A stretch of DNA of 64,000 nucleotides from Marsupella aquatica (Eukaryota; Plantae; Marchantiophyta), in assembly GCA_973895155.1 (NCBI GenBank), contig OZ316891.1:23745899-23809898 (forward strand), read 5' to 3'. The position numbers were made by a program, and so were the translations under genes. Shown here piece after piece: positions 22,392 through 35,983 of this stretch; positions within the stretch are counted from its first letter, which is position 1, and every line of letters begins with the position of its first letter. The notes beneath the pieces were generated by a model that saw nothing but the letters and a program-made list of their open reading frames with translations, made no database searches and was not told the origin of the DNA.

Positions 22392-24905
22392 CTTCTCCCT
22401 TAGGTCGGCCTTGAAGCTGGCCGTTAGGGATGCAAGCTCCTGCTGCAGCGCAATAATCCCTTGATAGGATTTCCCTAACTTGGCCTCCTTCTGCTCAAGG
22501 GCTTCGCGGCTTTTCTCGAGCTCCCCCTTCAACGCCCATTCCTTTCTTTGGGTCTCCGCCATGACCCGGTTGTTGACTGCTATATGGGCCTCCTCTGCGT
22601 CTCTCAGCTCCTTCTTCCATTTCTCCCTGTCCTTGATTGCGTCGGCCAATTCTCCCTGGGTCTGAGTCAGTTTATCCTTGATAATCTGACTATCAGCCTA
22701 CGCTGTGTCCAACTGCCCCTGCATGATGTTCAGCTCATGCCGCTTAATCCGCAGTTCATCTTGGGCTTTCTTGGCCGCCCTTAGATCTTCAATCTCGGCT
22801 TCCATCCTCCTAAGCCGTCGGATGACCTCGTCCTTCTTGCTTCTCTCTAAAACCACCGTTTCATCTAATTGGTGCTTCTCCAACTGCTCCCTATGGAAAA
22901 AGGGTCGGGGAGAAACATCTGGTGGGGGAGACTCAGGGCTACTCTGCTGGTTGGGGTCCCCTCGTACTACCCTTGGAAGTGTGGGGATAAACCGGCCACA
23001 GGTCCTTAATCCTGGAACGTGATGGTCCGACCCATAGCCGGAGTTATCATGGCTGCAGTCCTCCACTGCCTCCTCTACTTCTTGGACTTCCGGCTTCTCC
23101 CTCTCTTCTTTGTCGGTAGGAGCTTCAGGCAATTCTGCCTCAGATTCAGAGCTTGAGACTCCTATGTACATTCGAACACCCGGCTTGGATTTTGGCCTGA
23201 TTCTCTCCTTATTTTCGGTAAATGGGTTTTCCCTTCTAAGTCTGCTTAGGTTGACCTCTGGGGCAGTGTCCTGCATTGTTGCCGTTGCCATTGTCGTTGC
23301 TGATCTCTTTTCTTTCTCCATTAGTTTCAGCAGATTCTGCATGCCTGGTTGCTGCATTGGCAAGTCTTCCTTCCTTGGCCTAAACACCTGCTCAATCGTA
23401 GGGCTAACAGGTGGTTGAGGCTTTTCTGCTACCGGCCTTGGTGCTGGAGCTTCCTCGGGTGTCCTTACCTGCAGGGGAAGTACTGGGACAAAGGTCTGAC
23501 CTCTGGCATACCGGCACAATAGCGGCATGTGATAGCCAAGCTGCGACACGCTCCCCATGCCGATTACCTGCTGCTCCTCCTTTAAGATCTTCTTCAATTG
23601 GTTGAGGAGGTGCCCGTTGTAGTCCCGGCTTGGGTCTGGCCTCTTTGCCAGATAGACCTGTGCCTTGCCGATCTCTGCCCTCGGCAAGTTACAATGTATG
23701 GTCACCCGCAAGAAGTCGATCATCTCTCCTCTGTGCGGGTTGGTGCAGGTGTTTCGGAAGAAGCCATTCTTCGTTGATGGCCCGGGGAACGACCGGAACT
23801 CTTTGTCAGGCAAGGTCTTCCTGGTACCAACCTTGGTCTTATTGCCTATCGGCAAGCCAAACACTTTGGCAATTACCTTGGGAGTAAGATAGAAATCCTT
23901 CCCATATATCCTCGTGCAATTGGTCTTGGGTTCCCATGACCCCACGAATTCTAATAGGTCTGAATTCGGCACCTCCGGCTTCAGCCATGGTAATCTTACA
24001 AAGGCCTCTAAGCCGGATCCGGCCATGAAGCCTTGGTACTTCTTGGTCTGCATGGCCGTAAAGCATGCATCCTCCTCCCGTGCAAAATGTAGTTGCACCT
24101 CCACTGGTAGAGTTGTCGCCCAACCCTTCCAGGTGTCATCCCTGGTTGGAATGGCATTAATGGGATCGACCTCCTCCACTTTGGCTTCTCCCTGTCTCCT
24201 GCTCTGCTGCTCGGCTGGCTTCGTTGGTGCCGCCGACCTCGTTCTTTTTGCCGGGGTGGCTTCATCGTTGACGGCTCCCTTCCTCTTCATCTTGGCTGCC
24301 GTGGAGGTTTCTCCTAGCACCGTTGCCTGGGTCCACCTTTCCGTGCTACCCTTCAATTCCCAATGTATGTCGTTGCAGTTCTTGATGGCCTCTCGAATGC
24401 CGATGATTCTGTCTTCGCAAAACAGAAGATCGTCGAGCTGATTGGAAGTAGGAGTCCACAAGAACTCGGCCTTGATGAGTTCGCCTCCTAAGAAAGCCGT
24501 TTTCTGCAGCTCCCACAATCGAGCGAGCTCCTGTCGTTCTCAAGCTGCCCTTTCTGATTCTTCATCCTCGTAAGTCTTGATGTACTCAGTTGCCCGTTTG
24601 AACAGGCATCCCCAGAAATGTGCCGCTTGATTGACGTTGCTCATACCCTCCTTAGGTTGATTGTCGGTATCTACTCTCTCCCCGAGTGCTTGCCTAAGCA
24701 GCTGACAGTAGTTGGCCTCCTGTAGTCGTCTGCCTAGTTCGTGCTCGCAAATGAGCCACCATCTCCTGCAAGCGCTCCTTACCCCTCTCCTCTTCCGGTC
24801 CTTCCTCCCGTTGATCCTTCCTAGCCATCGACGCTTAGCGTGCCCTAACCCTAATCGAGTTTTCACCCCCAGCGTCCTTACCTCCGGCCTCGGCCCGGGT
24901 TCCAT
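22392..24905 (-). pseudogene. N-terminal and central part of the LTR-encoded protein, copy A
   Basis: ORFs 24540..24905, 22698..24518 and 22392..22649. In-frame deletion of roughly 100 codons near 22905 (PPPDVSPR|PFFHRE). Confidence 0.87.
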
Positions 24906-25020
24906 AGTCGCCCCTAATTGTTTATATTTTCCTTGTTTTGTCCCTATTCTAAGGTGTTTCCAGGGTGCATTCCTGCTTTACCTACTTAACTGGCCGAGTG
25001 ATTCCTGGCTAGGCATCACA

Positions 25021-25248
25021 TGCATGCTTTACGGCCATGCAGACCAAGAAGTACCAAGGATTCATGGCCGGATCCGGCTTGGAAGCCTTTGTAAGATTAC
25101 CATGGCTGAAGCCGGAGGTGCCGGACTCAGACTTATTAGAATTCGTGGGATCATGGGAACCCGAGACCAATTTCACGAGGGTGTATGGGAAGGATTTCTA
25201 TCTCACTCCCCGGGTGATTGCTGAGGTGTTTGGCTTGCCGATGGGTAA
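25021..25248 (+). pseudogene. fragment of an older plus-strand LTR-ORF copy (target of insertions A and B), left part
   Basis: Encodes CFTAMQTKKYQGF...VFGLPMGN. Continues at 42954 after the GGTAA duplication. Confidence 0.85.
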
Positions 25249-28200
25249 TGTGGTGCGTCCCATGGCTCCCTAAACCCAAGAAACCCCCTAGCTCAAGCCG
25301 ATTCCCGCAGGTTTCGCGCTTGGCGGGGCCGTTTCACCGGCTTAGCGGCATGGGACGCTGCTAACCTCTTCTACATCTATTAACATTTTACACACATATA
25401 CTGGACAGATCCTTCATCGGGTCATGAGATATGAAGCAGGCCTACTCTAGGCCTTCCCTTGTCTTCCTCTCCTTCTGGTTAGGTATATTTGGATTCCGCC
25501 GCTGGAATGATCCCCAATAGGCTTGGTTAAGCCGCTAAGACCTCTCTCAGCTCGACACATCCAACTCTCACTCCCTTGCTTACTTTCCTTTCCCTATTAG
25601 TTGATGTGGGCACTCTTCACACAAGTTAATGCGACACACAAATAGTAAAATGACTCCTTCTGACTGAGTTATACCATGCACTTGCCATACAAACAGTACA
25701 TCTCATACACAAGCTCTGCGAACTAAGCCGTGAGGCCAACTCTATTCAGCTCTTAGGCATGAGGAAACATGAATATACACAAGGTCACGGTATAACTAAC
25801 CGAGAGCTTCTCTTAGTACTTGATCCCAGCCCGGCTGGTGCAAACTAAAAACTTGCTAAAGAAGAGGCCCTGAGCTCCCCGCTGCTTAGGTACTTATCCT
25901 GGTAGTGGATCCGCCTAATTCTTTGCAGCGTAAGCCTAATCTACCTGACAGTAATCTACTTGCCCGAATCTACCTATGTACAGCAAGGCAGGAGCACAAG
26001 TGTTGCTCCTACCAGTGGAACCGCAATCCCACTAAGCTAAGTGTCAGGGCCGCTCCTGGTCCTGATCCTAATCTTAAACCTGGAGATCAGCGCCCGCCCG
26101 GCCCACTCACGCCTCCTACCTCCACGTCCGCCCTTTCTAAAAGGAACGGCACCCTTGCACCGTCACGATACCGATGGTGGATCCTCAATGGACGCCCCCA
26201 ACACTTCCTCCTCAGCCACTGCCGTTGGCCCGCCTACTGACAGATTACCTGCCCTTGACCGAGTCAACTCTCCATCGGCCTGACTGGGTCCACCTTCGGC
26301 TTCGGCCTCGGCACCGGCCTCCGCAATACCCACAGCTTCGGCCTTAGCCACTCCCACGGCTTCGGCTTCCCCTTCTTCTAGGGTAGTTGGATCCTTAGCC
26401 GTGACCCTGTCTGGGGTCGGTGCTGGGTCTACCTCCTTGATCACCACGGCCTCTGAAGTCGTATTACTCCTTGACCCTGAAGGTTTCCGCTTCTTCTTCG
26501 TTGGTGGCTCTACAGCTGGTCCCTTCCCCTTCCCACTTACTTCCGGCACTGGTGCAGGTGGCGCGGCTTGTCCTTCGGCAATTACCACCCCTGGTAACTG
26601 GTTCGCCCCAACGGGAGATGGACCTGCTGCAGCTAAGCATTTAAATACTGCGGCTTGTTTCTTCAGCCGCTCTGTTTGGTTGTCGGCCCGCCGCTGTAGG
26701 TTCTCCATCTTCCTCGTGATTTCCTCCAACTCCTCTTGGGTTTCATCCAGGTCCTTACGTGCCCCCTCCAGCTCGTTTTTGGCCTCCTCCTGCTCCCTGT
26801 GGGCTTCCTCCAATTCCTTCTTCAAGGTAGCCCTCTCCTCCCGGGTTGCTCTTAGCTCCTTGTCGAGCTCTGCAATGATGACAGACTCCATCTGGTTCAT
26901 CTTGGCATAAGTCTGATCGAGCATATCGTCCTTCTCCCTTAGGTTGGCTTTGAAGGTGGCCGTTAGGGACGCAAGCTCCTGCTGCAGCGCAATAATCCCT
27001 TGATAGGATTTCCCTAACTTGGCCTCCTTCTGCTCAAGGGCTCCGCGGCTTTTCTGGAGCTCCCCTTTCAACGCCCGTTCCTTTCTTTGGGTCTCCGCCA
27101 TGGCCCGGTTGTTAGCTGTTATGTGTGCCTCCTCTGCATTCCTCAGCTCTTGCTTCCACTTCTCCCTCTCTTTGATCGCATCGGCCAACTCTCCTTGGGT
27201 CCGCGTCAGTAGATTCTCGATCATCCGGTTATCAGATTGTGCGGTATCCAACTGGCCCTGCATGATATTTAGCTCATGCCGCTTAATCCGCAGCTCATCT
27301 TGGGCTTTCTTGGCTGCCCTCAGGTCCTTGATTTTGGCTTCCCTTTCCCTAAGCCGACGGATGACCTCGTCCTTCTTGCTTCTTTCCAAGGCCACCGCTT
27401 CTTCCAATTGGCGCTTCTCCAACTGCTCCCTATGGAAAAAGGGTCCTACCTCCAATTCCTCCCCAAAGATGCCGAGCGCAAGTTCCCCACACATCTCACC
27501 ATACTCCCTGGCTCTATTCTTAGCGTAGGTGGAGTAAGTAGAAGTGATCGGCATCGCCCATCGCGGCCTCTGCTCCCAAGCCGTCTTGCGGGTCTCTTCA
27601 ATCGTGGCTAGAGGTTTGCTTCCTTTTTCGGCTAGCCGCCTCATGTCCTCCGGCCAATCTCCTCCTGGTAAATGCTTTTCCCTAGCCAGGGCTGCTTCCT
27701 CTTCCTGCCTGATTCGCTCCTGAAATTCCAGCGCCGTCTGTTTTATGCCGTCAAAGCTCAGGGGAGCAACATCTGGTGGAGGAGACTCAGGGCTACTCTG
27801 CTGGTTGGGGTCTCCTCGTACTACCCTTGGAAGTGTGGGGATAAACCGGCCACAGGTCCTTACTCCTGGAACGTGATGGTCCGACCCATAGCCGGAGTTA
27901 TCATGGCCGCAGTCCTCCACTGCCTCCTCTACTTCTTCTACTTCCGGCTTCTCCCTCTCTTCTTTGTTGGTAGGAGCTTCCGGCAATTCTGCCTCAGATT
28001 CAGAGCTTGAGACTCCGGTAGAGGGGTCTTCCCTTCTAAGTCTACTTAAGTTGACCTCTGGGGCAGTGTCATGCATTGTTGCCGCTGCCGTTGTTGTTGC
28101 CGATGCCGATCTCTTTTCTTTCTCCAACAGCTTCAGCAGACTCTGCATGCCTGGTTGCTGCATCGGCAAGTCTTCCTTCCTTGGCTTAAACACCTGCTCA

Positions 28201-29825
28201 ATTGTAGGGCTAACAGGTGGTTGAGGCTTTTCTGCTACCGGCCTGGGTGCTAGAGCTTCCTCGGGTGTCCTTACCTTCAGGGGAAGTACTGGGACAAAGG
28301 TCTGACCTCTGGCATACCGGCACAACAGCGGCATGTGATAGCCAAGCCGCGACACGCTCCCCATGCCGATTACCTATTGCTCCTCCTTTAATATCTTCTT
28401 CAATTGGTTGAGGAGGTAGCCGTTGTAGTCCCGGCTTGGGTCTGGCCTTTCTGCTAGATAGACTTGTGCCTTGCCGATCTCCGCTCTCGGCAAGTTACAA
28501 TGCATGGTTACCCGCAAGAAGTCGATCATCTCTCCTATGTGCGGGTTGGTGCATGTATTCTGGAAGAAGCCATTCTTCGTTGATGGTCCGGGAAACGACT
28601 GGAACTCCTTGTCAGGCAAGGTCTTCCTGGTATCAACCTTGGTCTTATTGCCTATCGGTAAGCCAAACACTTCGGCAATTACCTTGGGAGTAAGATAGAA
28701 ATCCTTCCCATATATTCTCGTGCAATTGGTCTCGGGTTCCCATGACCCCACGAATTCTAATAGGTCTGAATCCGGCACCTCCGGCTTCAGCCATGGTAAT
28801 CTTACAAAGGCTTCCAAGCCGGATCCGGCCATGAAGCCTTGGTACTTCTTGGTCTGCATGGCCGTAAAGCATGCATCCTCCTCCCGTGCAAAATGTAGTT
28901 GCACCTCCATTGGTAGAGTTGCCGCCCAGCCCTTCCAGGTGTCATCCCTGGTTGGAATGGCGTTGATGGGGTCGCTTTCCTCCTCCTCGGCTTCGCTCTG
29001 CCTCCTGCTCTGCTGTTCGGCTGGTTTCTTTGGTGCCGCCGACCTCGTTCTTTTTGCCAGGGTGGCTTCATCGTTGACGACTCCCTTGCTCTTCATCTCA
29101 ACTGTAGTGGAGGTTTCTCCTAGCACTGTTGCCTGGGTCCACCTTTCTGTGCTACCCTTTAATTCCCAGTGTATGTCGTTGCAGTTCTTGATGGCCTCTT
29201 GGATGCCGATGATGCTGTCTTTGCAAAACAGAAGATCGTCAAGCTGATTGGAAGTAGGAGTCCACAAGAACTTGGCCTTGATGAGTTCACCTCCTAAGAA
29301 AGCCGTTTTCTGCAGCTCCCACAATCTAGCGAGCTCCTGTCGTTCTCGAGCTGCTCTTTCTGATTCTTCGTCCTCGTAAGTCTTGATGTACTCAGTTGCC
29401 CGTTCGAACAGGCATCCCTAGAAATGTGCCGCTTGATTGACGTTGCTCATACCCTCCTTAGGTCGATCGTTGGTATCTACTCCCTCCCCGAGTGCTTGCC
29501 TAAGCAACTGACAGTAGTTGGCCTCCCGTAGTCATCTGCCTAGTTCCTGCTCGCAAATGAGCCACCGTCTCCTGCAAGCGCTCCTTACCCCTCTCCTCTT
29601 TCGGCCCTTCCTCCCGTTGATCCTTCCCAGCCGCCGACGCTTAGCACGCCCTAACCCTAATTGAGTTTTCACCCCCAGCGTTCTTACCTCCGGCCTCGGC
29701 CCGGGTTCCATAGTCGCCCCTAATTGTTTATATTTTTCTTGTTTTGTCCCTATACTAAGGTGTTTCCAGGGTGCATCCTGCTTTACCCCCTTAACTGGCC
29801 GAGTGATTCCTGGCTAGGCATCACA
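25249..29825 (-). repeat. 3' LTR of copy B (4577 bp)
   Basis: Family termini; abuts the PPT and overlaps the IN stop codon. Confidence 0.95.
26163..29711 (-). pseudogene. LTR-encoded protein, 3' LTR of B (1182 codons, stops near 29418 and 28374)
   Basis: ATG at 29711; ORFs 28374..29324 and 26163..28364 in one frame. Confidence 0.86.
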
Positions 29826-32800
29826 TAGCTCCCCACTTAATTGTGAAGCGTCCTCGTGAACAACTTCATCTTCGTCCATATAGTATTTCTTGAGGCGGTC
29901 ATAATGGATGCGAACTGGATACACTTCTCCCGTAATGTTGGCCAATTGTACGGAGCCATTGGAGAACTTCATGGTTACTCTAAAGGGTCCTAACCAGCGA
30001 GTGTAAAGCTTCCCTGGAAACCTATTATACCTACTGTCATAAAGTAACACAAGATCACCGGTGTGAATACTAACTACTTTCAATTTTTTATCATACTGCT
30101 GCTTCATGATATTCTGCCTATATTCTACTCTCTCGGTTGAAATCATTCTCGCCTCCTCTAAAGCTTCTAATCTATATTCTCGCTCTTTTAGGCTCTCCTC
30201 CGCTGAGGCTCTTTCCTCAATTGTAACTTGAAATGTTGGTATCTCAAGTTGCATGGGTACCAAGGCTTCTTGTCCAAAGGTTAAGAAGAAGGGTGTATGA
30301 CCGGTAGTGGATTTATAGGCTAAATTGTAAGCAAAAACAGCAGCAAACAATTTATCATCCCAATCGAGTTTGTTCTGAGCTACTGTCTTGTTCAATATCT
30401 TTCCTATAATTCCATTGGCTCGTTCTGTCAATCCATTTGCCTTTGGGTGGTAAGGAGTAGTAGGCCTATGTCTAACTAAATACTGTTCATTTAAATGACT
30501 AATTATATCATTCAAAAAATGGGTTCCTCTATCACTAACTAATTCTAGGGGTGCTCCATACCTGGTGAAGATCTGCTCATACATGAATCTAGCCGTAGTA
30601 ATTGCATCATCCTTTGTGGTCGGCCTGGCCTCCACCCACTTAGTTGCATAATCCGTAGCCAGGATGATGTACTTGTTTCGTTGAGGGTGGGTCAGTGGTT
30701 TCAGAGGTCCGATGTAATCAATACCCCACTTTTCGAATGGTGCCAGAGGTAGAATAGGGTGCAGTGGATGTCTGGTGGACGCCCTTGGTCCTCCTGCTCA
30801 TTGACAAGGATCGCATTGTTTGATAAACTGATAGACATCCTTGTGCAATGTAGGCCACCAGTAACCGGCATTTAATATCTTTTTAGACGTGGTTACTGGG
30901 GCAAAATGTCCTCCGGCCTCTTCTCCATGCATAGCCCGTAAGACTCGTTTTACCTCTCCTTTTTCCAAACACCTTTGGATAGTGCCGCTGATTCCATACC
31001 TGTGTAGCACACCCTTAATGTACTGATACTGTCTGACCTTCCGTAAAAAGACTGCGGCTTTTTCTCGGCTTAATCCAGGCTGTAATCTGGAAGTGCTGAG
31101 AAATTGTAAAATCTCAGGGTACCATGTATCAGCTAATTCCACAACGAATAGCTCCTCGTCGGGAAATCGATCATCGATGCAATCCATGGCTGGTTCACCT
31201 GTGATCCTTGAAAAGAAGTTGGCATTGGCATGTAACTTTCCCGGCTTGATCTTTAGCTCGTAGTCAAACTCCTGTAATAGCAAAATCCATCTTGCTACTC
31301 TGCCTGTAAGGTCCGGTTTATTGACTAGGTACTTCAAACTTTCATGATCGGAATGAAAGATGACCTTGTACCCTAGTAAATAATGCCTAAACTTTTTACA
31401 GGAATAAATGACTCCTAATGCTTCTCTTTCTGTGGTGGAGTAGTTCCGTTCAGCATCGACAAGCTGACGGCTTGCGAAGTATATGGGATGGTCCCTTCCT
31501 TTCTCATCCAACTGACTTAGTACTGAGCCGATACAGAAGCCCGAGACATCTACAAAAACATGAAAATCTTTGTTCCAGTCCGGTGCTATCATGACTAGGG
31601 CCTCAACTAACATCTGCTTCAATTCTACCACCGCTGTGACTCGTTTGGGTGTGGGTTCAAAGTCTGCCCCTACTTTGAGCATGTTGGTTAATGGTAAAGC
31701 TAGCTTGGCAAAATCTTTAATAAACCGACGATAATACCCAATGCAGCCTAAGAAGGATCTTACATCCTTTATGTTCTTAGGTTGCATGATGTCAAGCCAT
31801 ATTGCTAGCTTACCTTTGTCAATCTCAATGCCCTTCTTTGATACCTTGTGACCTAGTAGCACCCCCTCGGTTACTGCAAAAAAACATTTATCTGGGTGTA
31901 ACTTGAGACCTACCTCTCTACATCTCATGAAAGTTTTCCTGAGATATTTAGCATGTTTTGATGCCTTCCCGAATACTGCAAAGTCATCAATGAAGATTTC
32001 CATGAATTTTCTCAAGTAATCATGAAAAATGTTCACCATCAATCGTTGGAACATAGCTGGTGCGTTGCAGAGTCCAAACGGCATACGATTGAAGACATAG
32101 ATCCCCCATTCTGTGATGAAGGCCGTCTTGATTTGGTCTTCCTGCCGAATCCTGATTTGGTTATAACCAGAGTACCCATCCATGAAGGAATATAGTTCAT
32201 GACTGGCTACCATGTCTAGTACCATATCAGTAAAGGGTAAGGGAAAATGGTCTTTTAACGTTGCTTCATTCAGCTTTCTGTAATCCTGACAAACCCGGAT
32301 CTTGGGTTTACCATCGGGTCCAGCTTTCTTGGGAACTATCACAATTGGAGACACCCAATCTGAATGTAGGACTGGAGTGATAAATCCGGCTTCCACTAGT
32401 TTGTCGATTTCTGTCTTGACCATCAGGGAATACTTAGGGTTCATCCTTCGAATCGGTTGTCGAAATGATTTGGCTCCTAACATGAGATCAATTCAGTGTT
32501 CTCCCAGTTTTGGGTCTACTCCTTTCAGATCTTGATGACTCCAAGCGAACACATCCTGAAATTCAATCAGTAAGTCACTGATCTCTTTCTCAAGTTCAGG
32601 TGCTAGGTCTCTCCCTAAGTTCAGTTCCCTTCCTTCTCCTAAGTCAAGCTTCCGATATTGTCAAGCTTGGATCATATTAATCTGCTTCTTTAAATTCGGG
32701 TCCAGCCCGGCCTCCAACCTCTCCAGTCTCATACCTCCATAGACTGGAATCTTGGCAGTACTAGCCGAGTCGGTTGCCATCTTGGTGCCCACAGATTGTC

Positions 32801-33083
32801 CCCTTGCCTGTCTATCCGGTTTTGAATTGGTGGTCGGCTTCCCTTCCTGACTCGGCTCTGGATTCTGTCTGTGCATCTCATTCACCTCTTCTTCCTGAGG
32901 GTCAGGCCGCTGTGCTCTTCCGACTTCTAATAGGGCCTCGATTTGTTTTGCCCTCGTAATCGGCTTGTATGCCGATCCCTTGGTTTTTAACTCCTTGCCG
33001 ATGATTGATGGCGTTATGGATCCTGCTGGCTCTGCCACAACGCCTGAGGAAAATCCACCGCGGCCTCCGGTATTGCTCCCCAC
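29814..33083 (-). pseudogene. pol: Pol (RT-RH-IN) of copy B with several CGA>TGA stops
   Basis: ORFs 32661..33083, 30798..32483 and 29814..30635 in one frame; same motifs as copy C. Confidence 0.94.
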
Positions 33084-35983
33084 TTAGCCATTTCATCCAA
33101 CTCACTTACCTCTTGTGCTTCCTCTGTGATTGAAGCTAAAAAGGTGGACTCTATGGCAAAGCAATCCTCAGCTTCATCGTCACAATCCTCCAAGTCACCT
33201 TCCATAGGTTCTTGCCATAGTCCGCTGGGGGATACCTCTGGTCCAAAGACACTTTCTTCGGTTTGGTCAGCGAGGCATTCTAACCATCGTACCTCATCGG
33301 CTGATTCCAGTCCACTGTCGTACCCGTCTACCTCCCTGATGCTTCTTCTGCGGTCATCCTTGGTATCCCAGGATACCGTGATAGAGGGGGTCCCAAAAGT
33401 GAACTCCTTCTTACCCCAATCCTCTATAACCTTGGCTAGGTATAGCCACGGCCTACCAATCAATAGCCGAAATGACGTAGGGTTTACTGGCTTCATTACT
33501 ACATAGTTAATGCTAAAGAAGATGCCTCCTATCTCTGTTTTGATGTCGGTTAACACTCCCGTAGGAATGACCTGATAACCATTGGCCATGTTCAACACTC
33601 TTCCAGTCATCTCTGGTGTTAGACCCCACCCTTTTGCTGTTGAATCAATCATAATACACACCCCTGATCCTCCATCAATGGGTACCCGAAGTAATAATTC
33701 TCCTTGAATCATTAATGGTAAAGCGGGGGCTCCTTGATCTTCTTCTATCATCAGCACATCGGATCTGGTTGCTACCTTGGGTAATCTCGGCTTGCCGAGA
33801 ATAGCCTTCCTTAATTGCTTCCGGAAGTACGGGCTATTTTTCAGTAGTTGACCTACTGTTGCCGAGACTCTAGATTCTAGTACATCTTTAGCCAGGTCAT
33901 AGGGAACAATCGGCTTCTCCCCTGGTGGTGTCTCCACCTTGGATTCGGCCTGTTTTTCCCCGCTAGTCCCCACAGTTGTTGGATCCTCCGAAGCAAACAA
34001 TGCTTTTGCTCGTTTCACATCCTTGGCAATGGCTTCAGTGTTCTCCAGGGTTTCTAATTCTCGCAGCTGTTCCTTAACACTAGCCGTAATAGAGGGGTAG
34101 AACAACTTAGGGTGATCTCGATTGAAGTCGCTATCTTGTGAAGGATTGGGGTCACTGGTGAGCTCATGGTTTACCTGTGTTGCCGGCGCCTTTCCTTCTC
34201 CTTCTGTTGATGTTGACGAAGAGTCAATCTTCTCTTCTTTATCCTTCCCTTTATTTTTGGCTAGCCCATCCCACCTTTCCTTCCTTCTGGTTGATCGAGT
34301 AGAGACCCGGTAGCAATCATGATCCATATCCTCTTCTGAGAAGGTTGATAGGGCTTCAGTCTCATCATCAGATGGTCCAAACTCTGCCTCGGCATCCACT
34401 TGCCATCCGAGCTCGATGTGGTTGATTTGAACTCCTCCTGGGGCAGCACCTGGTGGCAAGACCTTGACCGGCAAAAGCTTATGATTTGCGGCCAATCCTG
34501 CCAACCAAGTAGGACATTGTCCTAGCATATGACCTTCCTGTCGGCATCCCATACATAGCTGAGCTGGTTGTCCATCACCCTGTTTACGTGCATTCGGGCA
34601 TTCTCTAGCAAAATGGCCAGGTTGACCACAGTTATAGCATGCCGCAAATCTCTGCACATTCGGCCTAGGAGGTACAGACGGATTCTGAATAATCCGAGGA
34701 TACATCTCTCTTGGATTGTTCCTTAATCCTGACCAGAGAGATGCAGGTCTGTTGGATAGGTCCTGTGCTCCAGTCTCACTGATGCCGAAAACACTATCAG
34801 CGGCATCTCCTAAAAAGTACTCTACTTCTCCCTGACACGGTCTGATCTCGGCCACATGCCGAACATGACTAGTATTGAGTTTAGGACATGCATCTTTATG
34901 GTGTCCGGTTTTATAACATAAGGCACACCATACAGAGCTATCCTCCTGTACTACTTTCTTCTTCGGCTTTACCTCTGCTATTATAGCCTTAAGTTGCTCG
35001 GTAAGGGCCACAATGTTATCTGGTGGCTTAGCCTCCAGCTTGACTTTCGTCTTCCCTCTTCTTCTGCCCTTCCTTCTCTTAGTTTTTTCTTCTTCAGAAC
35101 TAGAAGATGACTCACTCTTGCTACTTCCACTATCCGAGCTTGAGTTATCACTTCTTGACTTCTTAGAATGTTTCTTTTTCTTATCCTTTTTCTTATGGGG
35201 TGATCCCTCCTCTGATGAGGAACTCTCAGACTTAAGCTGTTTCTTCCAGCTTGTGATATCTGCATTAATGTATAATTGAATATCCTTAATTGCATCGGCT
35301 AAAGTCTCCGGGTTCTTCTTCCTAATTGCAAAACTCATCTTCTGTGGCAAAGCATTCACCAACCATTGAAGTTGCATCCCTTCAGATGCATTGGTCTTTG
35401 TACGTCTTACCAGTTTCTGAAAGCGTTGCAAGAACTTCCTGAAGGATTTGTTCTCTTTGAACCGAAGTCGTCCCAACTTCAGCACTGCTAGTTCTGAAGT
35501 TCCAATGGGTCGAAACTCCTTAACAAAGAGCGTTCTGAAGCTATCCCAGATGGCTTGATCTTCCACATCTAATGCTCTGTACCAAGGCCTAGCCTCACCC
35601 TTGAACAGGCCGGGAAGAATCTGCATCTTGATGGCCGATTCTCCATTTGCTGCAGCGGTTCCTTTGAAATCATCCAACCATTCGTCCGGATCCTCATCTC
35701 CTCTCCCATGAAATGCCTTGTAATGTATGCGCGACCGTTGGCTCAGTCTGGTCCCGGGCCTCTCGTCTGGCCGTGCCTCAAGTTCTCCCATGTCGGTTGG
35801 GTACTCGTGTCTTCCCACCGACTCCTCTTCTGGTATATCTTCTTCGACGCCACTTCCAGCTTCGGAGCTACCAGCTCTTTCTGCCCCTCTCAGTCGCTGT
35901 GTATCATGCCACCCGGCGAGCTGCTGCAGTCGAGCTCTCTCCCGTTGAATCACTCTTTCCTCCCTTGGCGTAGGTTCAGTCAT
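33014..35983 (-). CDS. gag: Gag-protease polyprotein of copy B (989 aa)
   Basis: Homologous to 11613..14606; slippery GGATTTT at 33056..33050. Confidence 0.92.
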   Translation of the reverse strand: MTEPTPREERVIQRERARLQQLAGWHDTQRLRGAERAGSSEAGSGVEEDIPEEESVGRHEYPTDMGELEARPDERPGTRLSQRSRIHYKAFHGRGDEDPDEWLDDFKGTAAANGESAIKMQILPGLFKGEARPWYRALDVEDQAIWDSFRTLFVKEFRPIGTSELAVLKLGRLRFKENKSFRKFLQRFQKLVRRTKTNASEGMQLQWLVNALPQKMSFAIRKKNPETLADAIKDIQLYINADITSWKKQLKSESSSSEEGSPHKKKDKKKKHSKKSRSDNSSSDSGSSKSESSSSSEEEKTKRRKGRRRGKTKVKLEAKPPDNIVALTEQLKAIIAEVKPKKKVVQEDSSVWCALCYKTGHHKDACPKLNTSHVRHVAEIRPCQGEVEYFLGDAADSVFGISETGAQDLSNRPASLWSGLRNNPREMYPRIIQNPSVPPRPNVQRFAACYNCGQPGHFARECPNARKQGDGQPAQLCMGCRQEGHMLGQCPTWLAGLAANHKLLPVKVLPPGAAPGGVQINHIELGWQVDAEAEFGPSDDETEALSTFSEEDMDHDCYRVSTRSTRRKERWDGLAKNKGKDKEEKIDSSSTSTEGEGKAPATQVNHELTSDPNPSQDSDFNRDHPKLFYPSITASVKEQLRELETLENTEAIAKDVKRAKALFASEDPTTVGTSGEKQAESKVETPPGEKPIVPYDLAKDVLESRVSATVGQLLKNSPYFRKQLRKAILGKPRLPKVATRSDVLMIEEDQGAPALPLMIQGELLLRVPIDGGSGVCIMIDSTAKGWGLTPEMTGRVLNMANGYQVIPTGVLTDIKTEIGGIFFSINYVVMKPVNPTSFRLLIGRPWLYLAKVIEDWGKKEFTFGTPSITVSWDTKDDRRRSIREVDGYDSGLESADEVRWLECLADQTEESVFGPEVSPSGLWQEPMEGDLEDCDDEAEDCFAIESTFLASITEEAQEVSELDEMAKWGAIPEAAVDFPQALWQSQQDP

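Larger units (their letters stand above)
1..25020 (-). mobile_element. Ty3/gypsy LTR retrotransposon copy A (5' LTR, PBS and start of gag; continues beyond the left window edge), host to two nested insertions
   Basis: The LTR starts at 25020 (revcomp TGTGATGCC) and ends at 2271 (revcomp ...GCACCACA), followed by the PBS and the gag ATG at 2201. Near-identical to copies B and C. Confidence 0.93.
2271..25020 (-). repeat. 5' LTR of copy A, split into 2271..2833, 5779..6907 and 22392..25020
   Basis: After removing two insertions, each flanked by CTTCT duplications, the segments rejoin seamlessly and match the other LTR copies. Confidence 0.92.
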
